This document shows positions 1 through 9,390 of a stretch of DNA of 55,345 nt, piece after piece. Numbering within the stretch: the stretch's first letter is position 1; each line of letters opens with the position of its first letter. Source of the stretch: Planctomycetota bacterium (GTDB lineage Bacteria > Planctomycetota > UBA1135 > GCA-002686595); contig JBCCSK010000001.1 in assembly GCA_039200205.1 (NCBI GenBank), positions 1-55,345 of the forward strand, given 5' to 3'. Both the position numbers and the translations under genes were made by a program. The notes below the pieces were generated by a model. It saw only the letters and a program-made list of their open reading frames with translations, was not told the origin of the DNA and ran no database searches.

Positions 1-143
1 CCCAGGTCGATCAGCGTGCAGTCGCGGACCCTGATGAACGTCTTCCTGTGCTCGTCGAGGAGCTTGGAGAGCCGCGTGTACTTGTGCTCGACGTTCCCCT
101 TGATCAGGAACGCGTCGGTGAGGAAGAGGTCCGAGCAGAACAT
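1..143 (-). CDS. Hypothetical protein, N-terminal part (runs off the left edge)
   Basis: Manual translation from ATG at 143: MFCSDLFLTDAFLIKGNVEHKYTRLSKLLDEHRKTFIRVRDCTLIDLG...; G/C at almost every third codon position; co-oriented downstream of folC. Not in the ORF track. Confidence 0.7.
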   Translation of the reverse strand, partial: MFCSDLFLTDAFLIKGNVEHKYTRLSKLLDEHRKTFIRVRDCTLIDL

Positions 144-212
144 GGCGGATACCCGGGTGCGTATCGACGTGGGAACCGCCGCCGCTTGAGACCGGCGCCG
201 GAGACCGCTCCG

Positions 213-1490
213 TCAACCCGCTGAGGCGTCCCGAAGCAGGGGCCGAACGGCGCCCGCCAGGTAGAGCGAGCCGGTGAGAAGCAGCCAGCGGGCGGGCGGC
301 CCCGATTCGGCGCGGGCCCAGGCGAGGGCCGAGCGGAGTGCCTCCGCAGGGTTCTCCGAGACCTCGACGGGGATCCCGAGCCGGGACGCGGCGGCCGCGA
401 CCTCCGTCTCCGACCAGTGGACTCCGCTCTCGGGAATCGTCGTCGCGAACAGCCGGGTGACCCCGGCGCGGAGCAGCGGCGCGAGGAGCGCGTCGGGGTC
501 CTTCTCGCGGTGGATCGCGATCACGGCCGCGGACGGGCCCGCGTGGTCGCGGGTCGCCTCGGCAAGGGCCCGCTCGAGCGACTCCGGAACGTGCGCCCCG
601 TCGATCACCGCCGCGACTCCCCCGCAGTCGATCGTCTCCATTCGACCCGGAAGGCGGGCGAGTCGAATCGCCTCGTCATCGAGAAGATGCGCGCCAATGC
701 GCGCGTGCGACCCGGTGATCACGTCGAGGGCGGCGCGTGCCACGCGAGCATTCGCCTGCTCGAAGGTCGCGTCGTCGGGATCGTGCGCGAACCGGATCGG
801 AACGCCGCGCTCCTCAGCGATCTGGACGAGCGTCCGACCGGCCTCGCTCTCGGGATCGCAGCCGGTCACGAGCGTCGTTCCGTGCTTGACGATTCCTGCC
901 TTCTCGGTCGCGATCGCGGCGTGCGTGTCGCCGAGGATCGCCGTGTGCTCCAGCGCGATCGTCGTCACGATCGCAGCCACAGGCGCGTCGATGACGTTCG
1001 TCGAATCGAGGCGACCGCCGAGGCCCACCTCGAGCACCGCCCAGTTCACGCCGGCGTCGCGGAACGCACAGAGAGCGGCGACGGTCACGATGTCGAACCA
1101 CGAGGCGCGTCCTCCCGCCGTCCCCTCACGCTGCGCCTCGTCGACGGCATCGAGGGCCAGCGTGAGCACGCGCGCGAGCTCGTCGTCATCGATCGGGAGA
1201 CCGTCGATGCGGATCCGCTCGTGCATCCTCTCGACGTGCGGCGAGCCGTAGACGCCGACCCGAGCCCCCGACCGGGCGAGCGCAGCCCCGATGAGGCTCG
1301 CAACCGACCCCTTTCCCTTGGATCCTGCGACGTGACAGATCTCGTAGGCCCGCTGCGGCGCTCCCGTGCGGAGGACGAGGTCGTGCACCGGATCGAGATC
1401 GACGCGCCAGCCCTTCGAGCGGTCCCGCTTTTCCCAGTCGATGCGGGCGTCGAGGCGCGTGAGGGCGTCGGCGAGCGTCAGAGCCTTCAT
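213..1490 (-). CDS. folC: Folylpolyglutamate synthase / dihydrofolate synthase
   Basis: HVAGSKGKGS P-loop, SPH..ERI, LEVGLGGRLDSTNV, LEHT..LG, EKAGI, LPGRME, IDGAH and TGSLYLAG motifs. Start moved to ATG 1490 (MKALT). Confidence 0.93.
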   Translation of the reverse strand: MKALTLADALTRLDARIDWEKRDRSKGWRVDLDPVHDLVLRTGAPQRAYEICHVAGSKGKGSVASLIGAALARSGARVGVYGSPHVERMHERIRIDGLPIDDDELARVLTLALDAVDEAQREGTAGGRASWFDIVTVAALCAFRDAGVNWAVLEVGLGGRLDSTNVIDAPVAAIVTTIALEHTAILGDTHAAIATEKAGIVKHGTTLVTGCDPESEAGRTLVQIAEERGVPIRFAHDPDDATFEQANARVARAALDVITGSHARIGAHLLDDEAIRLARLPGRMETIDCGGVAAVIDGAHVPESLERALAEATRDHAGPSAAVIAIHREKDPDALLAPLLRAGVTRLFATTIPESGVHWSETEVAAAASRLGIPVEVSENPAEALRSALAWARAESGPPARWLLLTGSLYLAGAVRPLLRDASAG

Positions 1491-1645
1491 GGGCGAGTGT
1501 GCGGGAGGCGCGTATGGAGACACGTCCGAGGTTCGACGCGACCTGACCCGTAGCGCGTTCACAGCGACCGTCGATAGAACGTTCTTGAGGCGTGCGGATC
1601 AGCGCACCACCCGGCTCCGGCCGGGAGACTTCGGCCAGAACCACG

Positions 1646-2068
1646 ATGAGTGAGCTCCTTCACCGCATCAAGATCTTCGTGTACCGGTTCCGCGAGGAAG
1701 CGCCCCACTACCTGCTCCTGAAACCGGACCAGGGTCTCGAGGCCATGTGGGGTCCGCTCCAGGGCGCGCTCGGATTCGGTGACAAGCTCGAGACGGCGAT
1801 CCGCCGTCGCGTCGAGGAAGACATCGGCGTCATCGTCCCGGGCCGGCCGCTCGATCTCGAGATGCCGGGGCGCTGGACCATCGGCGACGAAGAGGTCGTC
1901 GAGTGGACCTTCGGCATCCTGACCGAAGAGGAGCTCCACCCCGACCGCGTGGCGGACGCGTGGGCAGCCCACCGCTGGGCGCGCTTCGACGACGCGTACC
2001 AGAGCCTCGGGCTCGAGCTCGACCGCGCCGCGGTCATGCGGCTCCACACGAAGGTCCTCGCTGCCTGA
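1646..2068 (+). CDS. NUDIX-fold protein (NudB-like) with degenerate Nudix box
   Basis: YLLLK...W..LQG-ALGFG-D-KLETAIR-RRVEEDIGV follows Gx5Ex7REUxEExGU spacing; C-terminal 'AHRWARFDDA' is typical of the fold; divergent from folC. Confidence 0.75.
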   Translation: MSELLHRIKIFVYRFREEAPHYLLLKPDQGLEAMWGPLQGALGFGDKLETAIRRRVEEDIGVIVPGRPLDLEMPGRWTIGDEEVVEWTFGILTEEELHPDRVADAWAAHRWARFDDAYQSLGLELDRAAVMRLHTKVLAA

Positions 2069-2080
2069 GGTCCTCGCGGC

Positions 2081-3325
2081 CTAGACCAGCTCGAGCGCCG
2101 GCGGAGCCTCGGGGCCGAGGACGAGATCCACGTCCGCGCGGAACCAGCCTCCGACGATCGCGGCGTACACCGAACGGAAGTCGGTCGTGTAGGCGAGGTC
2201 GCCGTCGTCGAGTTCGGTGAGCGAGGGGGGCGCGCCGTGGAGCCCGCCCCGCACGGCCTCCCCGAGGAGCAGCATCGGACCCGCCTTGCCGTGGTCGTGT
2301 CCGCCCGAACCGTTCTCGGCGACGCGACGTCCGAACTCGCTGAAGACCAGGACGACCGTCCTCTTCGACTGCCCCGTCCGACGAAGGTCCGCGAGGAACG
2401 AGCCGAGGGCTCCGTCGAGTTCACGCATCCGCTTGTCGTGCGTCCCACGCTGGCTCGCGTGCGTGTCGTAGCTGCTGTGCGCGACCGAGAAGATGCGCGT
2501 GCGACGGTCCCGCGCGAGGAGCGCGGCCACGTCGCGCAGAGAAGCCGCGATCCGAGTGCGCGGATACTCGACGGGTGTGCGGTACGACGCGGAGGCCCCG
2601 CGCACGCGCTGCGACGACGCGCGGGCGTCGTCGAGGGTCGCGCGGAGGAGGTCGAGCGCGCGATCGCGTCCGGCGTGGCGCGGTTCTCTCGTGGCTCGCG
2701 TCGCGTAATCGGCGATCGCCGCGCCGCCCTTCGCGTAGGACTCCTCGTCGCCGAACCAGCGGTATCCCGTCGGCGACCCCAGCGTGACCGGAGGGAAGGT
2801 CGACGAATGCACGCTGTACGGCGCGTCGCCCCCGATGTGCATCACGACGTCCGGACTGCCGGAGTCGCTCCACGTCGACGCGGCGAGGCGGCCGATCCAG
2901 CCGTCCCCGGACGCGCGGCCTGCGCGGCGCCCCGTGTGCCAGACCTCGTACGAGCGGAAGTGCGATCGCACGGGGTCCGGATACCCGCACCCCTCGACGA
3001 TCGCGACGCGCCCCTCCTCGTACTCCGCGCGGATCCGGTCGAGGTGAGGATTCCACCCGCGATCGTCGTCGAGCGGCAGGAGATCGCCCTCGTCGTGCAG
3101 CGTCCTCGGCCGCACGCGGCGCAGCTCGTCCGAGCCGGGGACGATCGTGGCGAGACCGTCGTTGCCGCCGGAGAGCTGCAAGAGGACGAGGACGCGTCCG
3201 TCCGCGTCGCCGCCGGGCAAGGGCGAGTGCGACGCGCGCGCGGTATGGCCGAGCGCGATCCCGGCGGCGGTCGCGGCCGCCCCGCGGAGGAACGAGCGTC
3301 GATCGTGTTCGACGAGGTGACTCAA
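2081..3325 (-). CDS. DUF1501 family protein with Tat signal
   Basis: DRRSFL Tat motif; LSGGNDGL, SHFRS, YDTHA, FSEFGRR..ENGSGG.DHG and TTDFRSVY motifs; start overlaps the DUF1800 stop. Confidence 0.9.
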   Translation of the reverse strand: MSHLVEHDRRSFLRGAAATAAGIALGHTARASHSPLPGGDADGRVLVLLQLSGGNDGLATIVPGSDELRRVRPRTLHDEGDLLPLDDDRGWNPHLDRIRAEYEEGRVAIVEGCGYPDPVRSHFRSYEVWHTGRRAGRASGDGWIGRLAASTWSDSGSPDVVMHIGGDAPYSVHSSTFPPVTLGSPTGYRWFGDEESYAKGGAAIADYATRATREPRHAGRDRALDLLRATLDDARASSQRVRGASASYRTPVEYPRTRIAASLRDVAALLARDRRTRIFSVAHSSYDTHASQRGTHDKRMRELDGALGSFLADLRRTGQSKRTVVLVFSEFGRRVAENGSGGHDHGKAGPMLLLGEAVRGGLHGAPPSLTELDDGDLAYTTDFRSVYAAIVGGWFRADVDLVLGPEAPPALELV

Positions 3326-4971
3326 TGCAGCTGGGCCTCGGGCAGGGACAGGAGCAGGTGGCCGAGCCGGAGAAGCGCGTTCTCCGTGCGACGGCGATTC
3401 TGGGCGAGCTGCTCCTCCGTCACGCCGAACGCATCGCGGAGCTCCGCGAGCCGAACGATCAGCATCGCGATCGTCTCTTCGGGCGGCTCGATCGCCAGCA
3501 GCGCATCGGCGAGGACGCGAACGGCCTCCTCGTCCGTTCGCGCACCGGCTCCCCGCACGATCGTCCCGAGGTACGCACTCGGCTCGTAGTCGGATTCGCG
3601 CAGGCTCTTCGCGAGCCGGCTGAGGGCGTCGCGACGGAACTGCTCGCGAGACATCTCGCGCATGTCGTCCCTGGAGGCCCCTCCGAGGCCGAGCTCGCTG
3701 CGGACGGCACCGCGCATGTCACCGCGCACCGTCTCGACGTCGATCAGATCCAACATCGCGCCGATCACGTTGCCCCTGAGCATCAGCGTCGACGTCGAGA
3801 TCCACGCGAAGCCCTCGTCCCAGCCCTTGACGCTCGGCGGGCGGAAGAGGTCCTGGCCGAGCGCCGCTGCCGCGTCGGCGGCGAAGTCCGGAGGAACGCC
3901 CAGCCCCAGGCGCCGCTCGGCGCCCGCGACGAAGTCGATCGGGCCAGCGACCCGCGCTCCCACCACTTCGGCGCGGTAGAAGCCCGGGTCGAGGAAGAGT
4001 GTGCGGAGGAAGCGGCCGACGTCGTAGTCCGTCTCGCGGAGCAGCTCCGCGTACTGGTCGACGCGCGCCGGCGAAGCGGGAACGCCCTCGAGGTACTCGA
4101 GCAGGCTCCGGGCGAGGAACGACGCGCACTCCGGCCGATCGAGGAGGATCGTCGCGAGGTCGTTCGGTCCGTGAGTCCCGGTGACGCCGAGGATCGTCTT
4201 GACGCCGTCGTCGTGCTGGCCTTCGTCGAACTGGTACGCGCCGTCGTCCCCCCTGGTCGCGCCAGTCAGCGCGCGCGCGGCCTCGCGGACGTCGGCCTCG
4301 GAGTAGTGGCCCTCTCCGAGTGCAAAGAGCTCCATGACCTCGCGAGCGAGGTTCTCGTTCGGGCTGCCCCTGCGGTTCTCGTCGTTGTCGAGGTACTCGA
4401 GCAGGGCGGTATCGCGCAGCATCGCTCGAAGGAGAACGGCATAGCTGCCGAGCGCGCCGCCGCGGAGGGTCTCGTACTGCCGCGCGAGCGCGTCCGGTCG
4501 CCGCACGCTGGTGAAGGACGTCGTGAACACGCCGTGCCAGAACAGCGTCATACGGTCCCGCAGAGGGTCGTCGCCTTCGAGGATGCTCTCCATCCAGGCG
4601 CTGCGAAGGTCCTGCAGGAGGTCGTTCTCGATGAGCCGGCGCCGCCGGCGCGTCTCGAAGCGCTCCTTGCGGGACGCGGGTGAGCCGACCTCGGCGTCGA
4701 ACTCGTTCAGCGTCGATTCGAATCGGCGCGAGAGCGGCGTTCGGTCACCTCGACGCACCGCGAAGAGGTGATCGACGAGGGCCTCGGGGCCGGCTGCGAC
4801 CCACGCGTCGATCTCGTCCGCCGCCACTCCGAATCCAGCTCGATTCCACAGATGCTCGACGGCGCGCCGATCCCAGTCGAGCTCGACGGTCGCCGCGGGA
4901 ATCCGCTCGACTTGGACCGGAAGGACGGTCGCAGCCGCGAGGAGCGTGGTGAGCAGGACGTTGGTGGTCAT
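3322..4971 (-). CDS. DUF1800 family protein
   Basis: HLWNRAGFG, RMTLFWHG.F, YLDN, PNENLAREVMELFALG, YSEADV.EAARALTG and PPSVKGW motifs; N-terminal signal peptide; canonical partner of DUF1501. Confidence 0.9.
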   Translation of the reverse strand: MTTNVLLTTLLAAATVLPVQVERIPAATVELDWDRRAVEHLWNRAGFGVAADEIDAWVAAGPEALVDHLFAVRRGDRTPLSRRFESTLNEFDAEVGSPASRKERFETRRRRRLIENDLLQDLRSAWMESILEGDDPLRDRMTLFWHGVFTTSFTSVRRPDALARQYETLRGGALGSYAVLLRAMLRDTALLEYLDNDENRRGSPNENLAREVMELFALGEGHYSEADVREAARALTGATRGDDGAYQFDEGQHDDGVKTILGVTGTHGPNDLATILLDRPECASFLARSLLEYLEGVPASPARVDQYAELLRETDYDVGRFLRTLFLDPGFYRAEVVGARVAGPIDFVAGAERRLGLGVPPDFAADAAAALGQDLFRPPSVKGWDEGFAWISTSTLMLRGNVIGAMLDLIDVETVRGDMRGAVRSELGLGGASRDDMREMSREQFRRDALSRLAKSLRESDYEPSAYLGTIVRGAGARTDEEAVRVLADALLAIEPPEETIAMLIVRLAELRDAFGVTEEQLAQNRRRTENALLRLGHLLLSLPEAQLH

Positions 4972-5061
4972 CGCGTCGCATCGGCGTCCGACGAACCGAA
5001 CCTACGCAGATGCGGCGGTTCCGCTACCTTCCGCGCGCGGATCCTCCGCTCCCCTCCCACG

Positions 5062-6870
5062 ATGTCCCGCTCTGCTCCGCTCGACCTCCGCGAATTCCTC
5101 GACCGACTCCGCGCCGCGGGCGAGCTCGTCGAGATCGAGGCCGAGGTCGATCCCCGCCTGGAGATGGCCGAGGTCCACCGACGCGTCATCGCGGCGGGCG
5201 GCCCGGCCCTCCTCTTCCGCCGTCCGAAGGGAGCGTCGTTCCCGGCCGTCACGAACCTCTTCGGGACGGCCAAGCGCGTGCGACTGGCGTTCGGTGAACG
5301 CCCGGAGGACATCGTCGAGCGCGTTGCGGCGCTGCCGGAAGAAGCCCTCCCGCCGACGCCCAAGGCGCTGTGGGGACAGCGATCGCTCTTCGGCGCTCTC
5401 GCGCGCGTCGGGCTCAAGAGGTCGCGCTCGGGGCCGGTCACGGAGGTGATCGAGGAAGCGCCCGACCTCGGACGCCTGCCCGCGCTGACGACCTGGCCGC
5501 GCGACGGTGGTCCATTCGTGACCCTGCCGCTGGTCCTGACCGCGCACCCGCAGAGCGGCGGCCCCAACCTCGGCATGTACCGCGCGCAGCTCTTCGACGA
5601 CGGCGGCGTGGGGGTGCACGCGCAGATCGGCAAGGGCGGCGGCTTCCACCTTGCGGCGGCGGAGCGGCTCGAGAAGCCGCTGCCCGTGCACGTTCACGTC
5701 GGTGGACCGCCGGCACTGATCCTCGCCGCGATCGCGCCGCTGCCCGAGAACGTGCCCGAGCTCCTCCTCGCGAGCCTCATCCTCGGCCGACGGCTCGAGC
5801 TGTGTCGCTCGCGAACGGAATCGCTGCCGCTCGTCTCGCGCTGCGAGTTCGTGCTCGCGGGGTCCATCCAGCCGGGCGCGCGACGACCCGAAGGGCCCTT
5901 CGGCGATCACTACGGCTACTACTCCGAGACCCACGACTATCCGTGGATGCGCTGCGACGCGCTCTATCGCCGCCGCGACGCGATCTGGCCGGCGACGGTC
6001 GTGGGAAAGCCGCGCCAGGAGGACTTCTTCCTGGGCGACTACCTCCAGGACTTGCTGAAGCCGCTGGCGAAGGTCGCGATGCCGGGCGTCCTCGACCTGT
6101 GGAGCTACGGCGAGACCGGTTACCACGCGCTCGCGGGAGCCGTCGTGCGCGAGCGGTATCGACGCGAGGCGATGGTGTCCGCGTTCCGCATCCTCGGCGA
6201 GGGGCAGCTGTCGCTCACCAAGTTCCTGCTGGCCACGGACCGGCCGGTCGATCTCCAGGACTTCAGGGCCACGCTGTGCCACGTGCTGGAGCGCGCTGAC
6301 TTCCGCACCGACCTGTTCATCCTCTCGAACCTCTCGATGGACTCCCTCGACTACGCGGGTCCACGGATCAACGAGGGGAGCAAGGGCGTCCTCCTGGGCC
6401 TCGGCGAGCCCCGCCGAACGCTCCCCGACCGACTCGAGGGAACGCCCGCGAAGCCCATCGAGCGCGCCTACGTATTCGCGCCCGGCGTCCTCTGCATCGA
6501 CGGCCCGTCCTTCGCCGACGATCCGGAGGCCGCTCAGCGCGCTGCGCGTGATCCAGCGCTAGAGGCCTGGCCTCTCGTCGTCCTCGTCGACGACGCGGAG
6601 CGGGCTGCGCGCAACGCGATGAACTTCCTGTGGACGACGTTCACGCGCTTCGACCCGGCGCGCGACCTGTCGGCAGCCGACGTCGAGCTCGTCCATCAGC
6701 ACCCCGCGTTCACGCCGCCGATCGTCATCGACGCGCGCATGAAGCCGAGCTACCCGGAGGAGCTGTTCTGCGATCCGGACACGAAGGAGCTCGTCAACCG
6801 GCGCTGGTCCGAGTACTTCCCCGGTGGAGGCGTGGAGATGGGTGACTCCGACCTCGGCCACCTCTGCTGA
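5062..6870 (+). CDS. ubiD: UbiD-family (prFMN-dependent) decarboxylase, long form; possibly menaquinone (futalosine) pathway
   Basis: DLREFL..L...GEL, TNLFG, NLGMYR, EGPFGDHYGYY and VGKP.QED motifs. Start moved to ATG 5062. Confidence 0.88.
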   Translation: MSRSAPLDLREFLDRLRAAGELVEIEAEVDPRLEMAEVHRRVIAAGGPALLFRRPKGASFPAVTNLFGTAKRVRLAFGERPEDIVERVAALPEEALPPTPKALWGQRSLFGALARVGLKRSRSGPVTEVIEEAPDLGRLPALTTWPRDGGPFVTLPLVLTAHPQSGGPNLGMYRAQLFDDGGVGVHAQIGKGGGFHLAAAERLEKPLPVHVHVGGPPALILAAIAPLPENVPELLLASLILGRRLELCRSRTESLPLVSRCEFVLAGSIQPGARRPEGPFGDHYGYYSETHDYPWMRCDALYRRRDAIWPATVVGKPRQEDFFLGDYLQDLLKPLAKVAMPGVLDLWSYGETGYHALAGAVVRERYRREAMVSAFRILGEGQLSLTKFLLATDRPVDLQDFRATLCHVLERADFRTDLFILSNLSMDSLDYAGPRINEGSKGVLLGLGEPRRTLPDRLEGTPAKPIERAYVFAPGVLCIDGPSFADDPEAAQRAARDPALEAWPLVVLVDDAERAARNAMNFLWTTFTRFDPARDLSAADVELVHQHPAFTPPIVIDARMKPSYPEELFCDPDTKELVNRRWSEYFPGGGVEMGDSDLGHLC

Positions 6871-6900
6871 CGAGGTCGGGCGAGCCCGACCATCGGGCGA

Positions 6901-9339
6901 TCACGGCGCGAAGAGGATTCGAAGGGCGTTCGAAAAGGACGTCTGCCCGCCCTCGCGGATCCACAGCTGGAAGTTCCACGTCGGCGTCGAGCCCGGGTCG
7001 AACGTGAAGGCGGGACCTAGCTCGACGGGCGGGTTCCAGGGGGCTCCGACCTGGAACGGCGGCAGCGCGACCAGCCCCGACGAATCGAGGCAGAGGAAAC
7101 CGGCCGCGAGCGCGGTGCGCGACTGGCTCGGAGAGGCGAAGATCCGCCCGATCGCGCCCTGACCGGCGCCTGACATCCGGACGAACAGTCGACGCGACGC
7201 GGACCGGAAGTCGCCGACGAGGTCGAAGCTCGCCCTGCGTCCTGCGGCGTTCGGCAGCGGCGCGCAGTACGCGTACGCAACGTGTCGAGCGAGGAGAAGC
7301 TCGGCCTCCTTCGCCGCGAGCGTGCGATCGAACATCCGGATGAGCGCGATCTCGCCGACGAAGGAGCTTCCGTCGAACGGTCGCAGACCCGGACCGCCGT
7401 CTCCGCCGAGTCCGCGGTGGCGGCCAGCGAGCGCCCAGACGCCGTCGAGTCCCGCGTCGACGGATCGCGCGATCGCTCGCGCGACGCGGATTCCGTCGAT
7501 CGTCAGGCGTGCGCGCCCGGCGGCATCGATCGTGAAGACGAGGTGCGTGAATCGATCGGCCCAGCCGCCGGCTCCGCTCGGAAGGTCGACCGCCATCGAC
7601 AGCGACTCCGCCGACGTGGCACCGCCAATTCGCATGACGAGGTCGTCTCGCTGCCCCGGGCCCCCGTCGTCCCCGATCAGGCCCGCGTCCCCGACCGTGA
7701 CCGAAACGCCCGCGTCCTCGTCCCCGGCATCGAAGAGCACGCTGTTCTCCTGCGGTGCATCGGACGCGGAACGGAACCACAGCTCGAGCGCGAAGGGACG
7801 CCCCCGCTCCGTCACGCCGAGGTCGCCACCGTCTCGAACGAGCGCGAGTCGGGGTGCGTAGGAAGGAACGCGAAGCGCGGCGCCTGGGAGAAGGTCGACG
7901 ACGGAAGCTCCCGTCGGGACGATCTCCAGGTCTGCCGTCGAGTCGAAGTCGATGACCCGCCACGGCACGGCGTTCGAACCCGACGCGCGCCAGAGGTCGC
8001 CGTTCCCGGGGGCCTGGGACGTGAAACCCTGGTCCGCGCGCCAGCGCGGCGATCGGCGCGTCGAAAGGGCCCTCGGACGTCGCCCGGCAGCGAGGTCGGC
8101 GGCCTTCGCAGCACGGAGTGCCTCGAGCTGTGCGACGAGTCCCGGAAGCTGAGCGGCGATGTCGGTCGACTCGGCCGGGTCGCTCTCGAGGTCGTACAGC
8201 GCACCCTCCCTGAGCTTGTAGCGTCCGATCCGGACGGCCTCGACGAATCGATCGCGCGTGAGGTAGAGCGCTCGCGCAGGGTCGCCCTGCCCACCGACGA
8301 GTACGGCTGAGGCCTCGACGCCGTCGCGGGCGGGAAGCGAGGGCGACAGCGGAGCCGCGGCGAGGGCAGCGAACGACTCGAACAGGTCGATGACGTGGAG
8401 GATCTCGTCACTCGTCGCCCCAGGCGTGATCGCGGCCGGCCAGTGCGCGACCAGCGGGGAGCGCACGCCGCCCTCGAACGTCGTGCCCTTGGCTCCGCGC
8501 AGGCCGCCGCTGGAGCCGGCTTGATACGGGTCCTGCCCGATCGCAGGCCCGTTGTCCGACATGAAGAGAACGAGCGTGTTCGACGTCACGCCGCTCGCCG
8601 CGAGCACATCGAGAACGGCTCCCACGCTCGCGTCGATCTCCTCGACGGAGTCCCCGTACTCGCGCCCGTCCGCGCTCGTGCCAACGAAGCCAGGGCTCGG
8701 CGTCGCGGGCTGGTGCGGAGACGTGTGGGCGAGGACGACGAAGAACGGATCGCCGGCGTGCGCCGCGCGCTCGATGAAGTCGACGGTTCGCGCGACGAAG
8801 CGCGGAGTCCAGCCGACGGGATCACCGTCCGTCTCGACGATCCGTCCTCCGTCGAAGAGGACGTGGGGTCGGCCCGGAAGCCCCCATGGCGAACCGAACG
8901 ACTCGTCGAATCCCTGGCCGACGGGCAGCTGATCGACCGAGTCGCCGAGATGCCACTTCCCGAACAGTCCGGTCCGGTAGCCAACGCCGTCGAGTACTTC
9001 TGCGATCGTGACCTCCGAAGGCGCGAGACCGCGCTCGGACCAGCTCCCTTGCGGGGAGACGACGTCGACCCGCGGCGGGAGACAGCCGGTCAAGAGCGCC
9101 GCGCGCGTCGGCGAGCACGACGGCGCGACGTAGAAGGACGTGAACCGCGCCCCCGCCTGCGCCATCGCATCGATGCGCGGCGTTGCGATCGACTGACCGC
9201 CGTAGCAGCCGAGGTCGCCGATGCCCAGGTCGTCGGCGATGACGACCACGATGTTCGGAGGCTGCGTCTGCGCAGGGGCGGACGCGGCAGTTGCGAGCAG
9301 GACAGCGGCAACCCCGATTCGACTCGGGATTCCCTTCAT
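6901..9339 (-). CDS. Secreted arylsulfatase-family protein with LamG-like domain and shared C-terminal domain
   Basis: Signal peptide; PNIVVVIADDLG, CSPTRAALLTG (CxPxR formylglycine motif), GKWHLG, SDNG and GAKGTTFEGGVR; 'FALELWFR...FTHLVFT...FVGEIALIRMFDRTL' is LamG-like; ends TWNFQLWIR..FSNAL. Confidence 0.9.
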   Translation of the reverse strand: MKGIPSRIGVAAVLLATAASAPAQTQPPNIVVVIADDLGIGDLGCYGGQSIATPRIDAMAQAGARFTSFYVAPSCSPTRAALLTGCLPPRVDVVSPQGSWSERGLAPSEVTIAEVLDGVGYRTGLFGKWHLGDSVDQLPVGQGFDESFGSPWGLPGRPHVLFDGGRIVETDGDPVGWTPRFVARTVDFIERAAHAGDPFFVVLAHTSPHQPATPSPGFVGTSADGREYGDSVEEIDASVGAVLDVLAASGVTSNTLVLFMSDNGPAIGQDPYQAGSSGGLRGAKGTTFEGGVRSPLVAHWPAAITPGATSDEILHVIDLFESFAALAAAPLSPSLPARDGVEASAVLVGGQGDPARALYLTRDRFVEAVRIGRYKLREGALYDLESDPAESTDIAAQLPGLVAQLEALRAAKAADLAAGRRPRALSTRRSPRWRADQGFTSQAPGNGDLWRASGSNAVPWRVIDFDSTADLEIVPTGASVVDLLPGAALRVPSYAPRLALVRDGGDLGVTERGRPFALELWFRSASDAPQENSVLFDAGDEDAGVSVTVGDAGLIGDDGGPGQRDDLVMRIGGATSAESLSMAVDLPSGAGGWADRFTHLVFTIDAAGRARLTIDGIRVARAIARSVDAGLDGVWALAGRHRGLGGDGGPGLRPFDGSSFVGEIALIRMFDRTLAAKEAELLLARHVAYAYCAPLPNAAGRRASFDLVGDFRSASRRLFVRMSGAGQGAIGRIFASPSQSRTALAAGFLCLDSSGLVALPPFQVGAPWNPPVELGPAFTFDPGSTPTWNFQLWIREGGQTSFSNALRILFAP

Positions 9340-9390
9340 GAAAAAATCCTAACGGGCAGCGTCAACTTCCCGCTAGCCGGTCACATAGCG

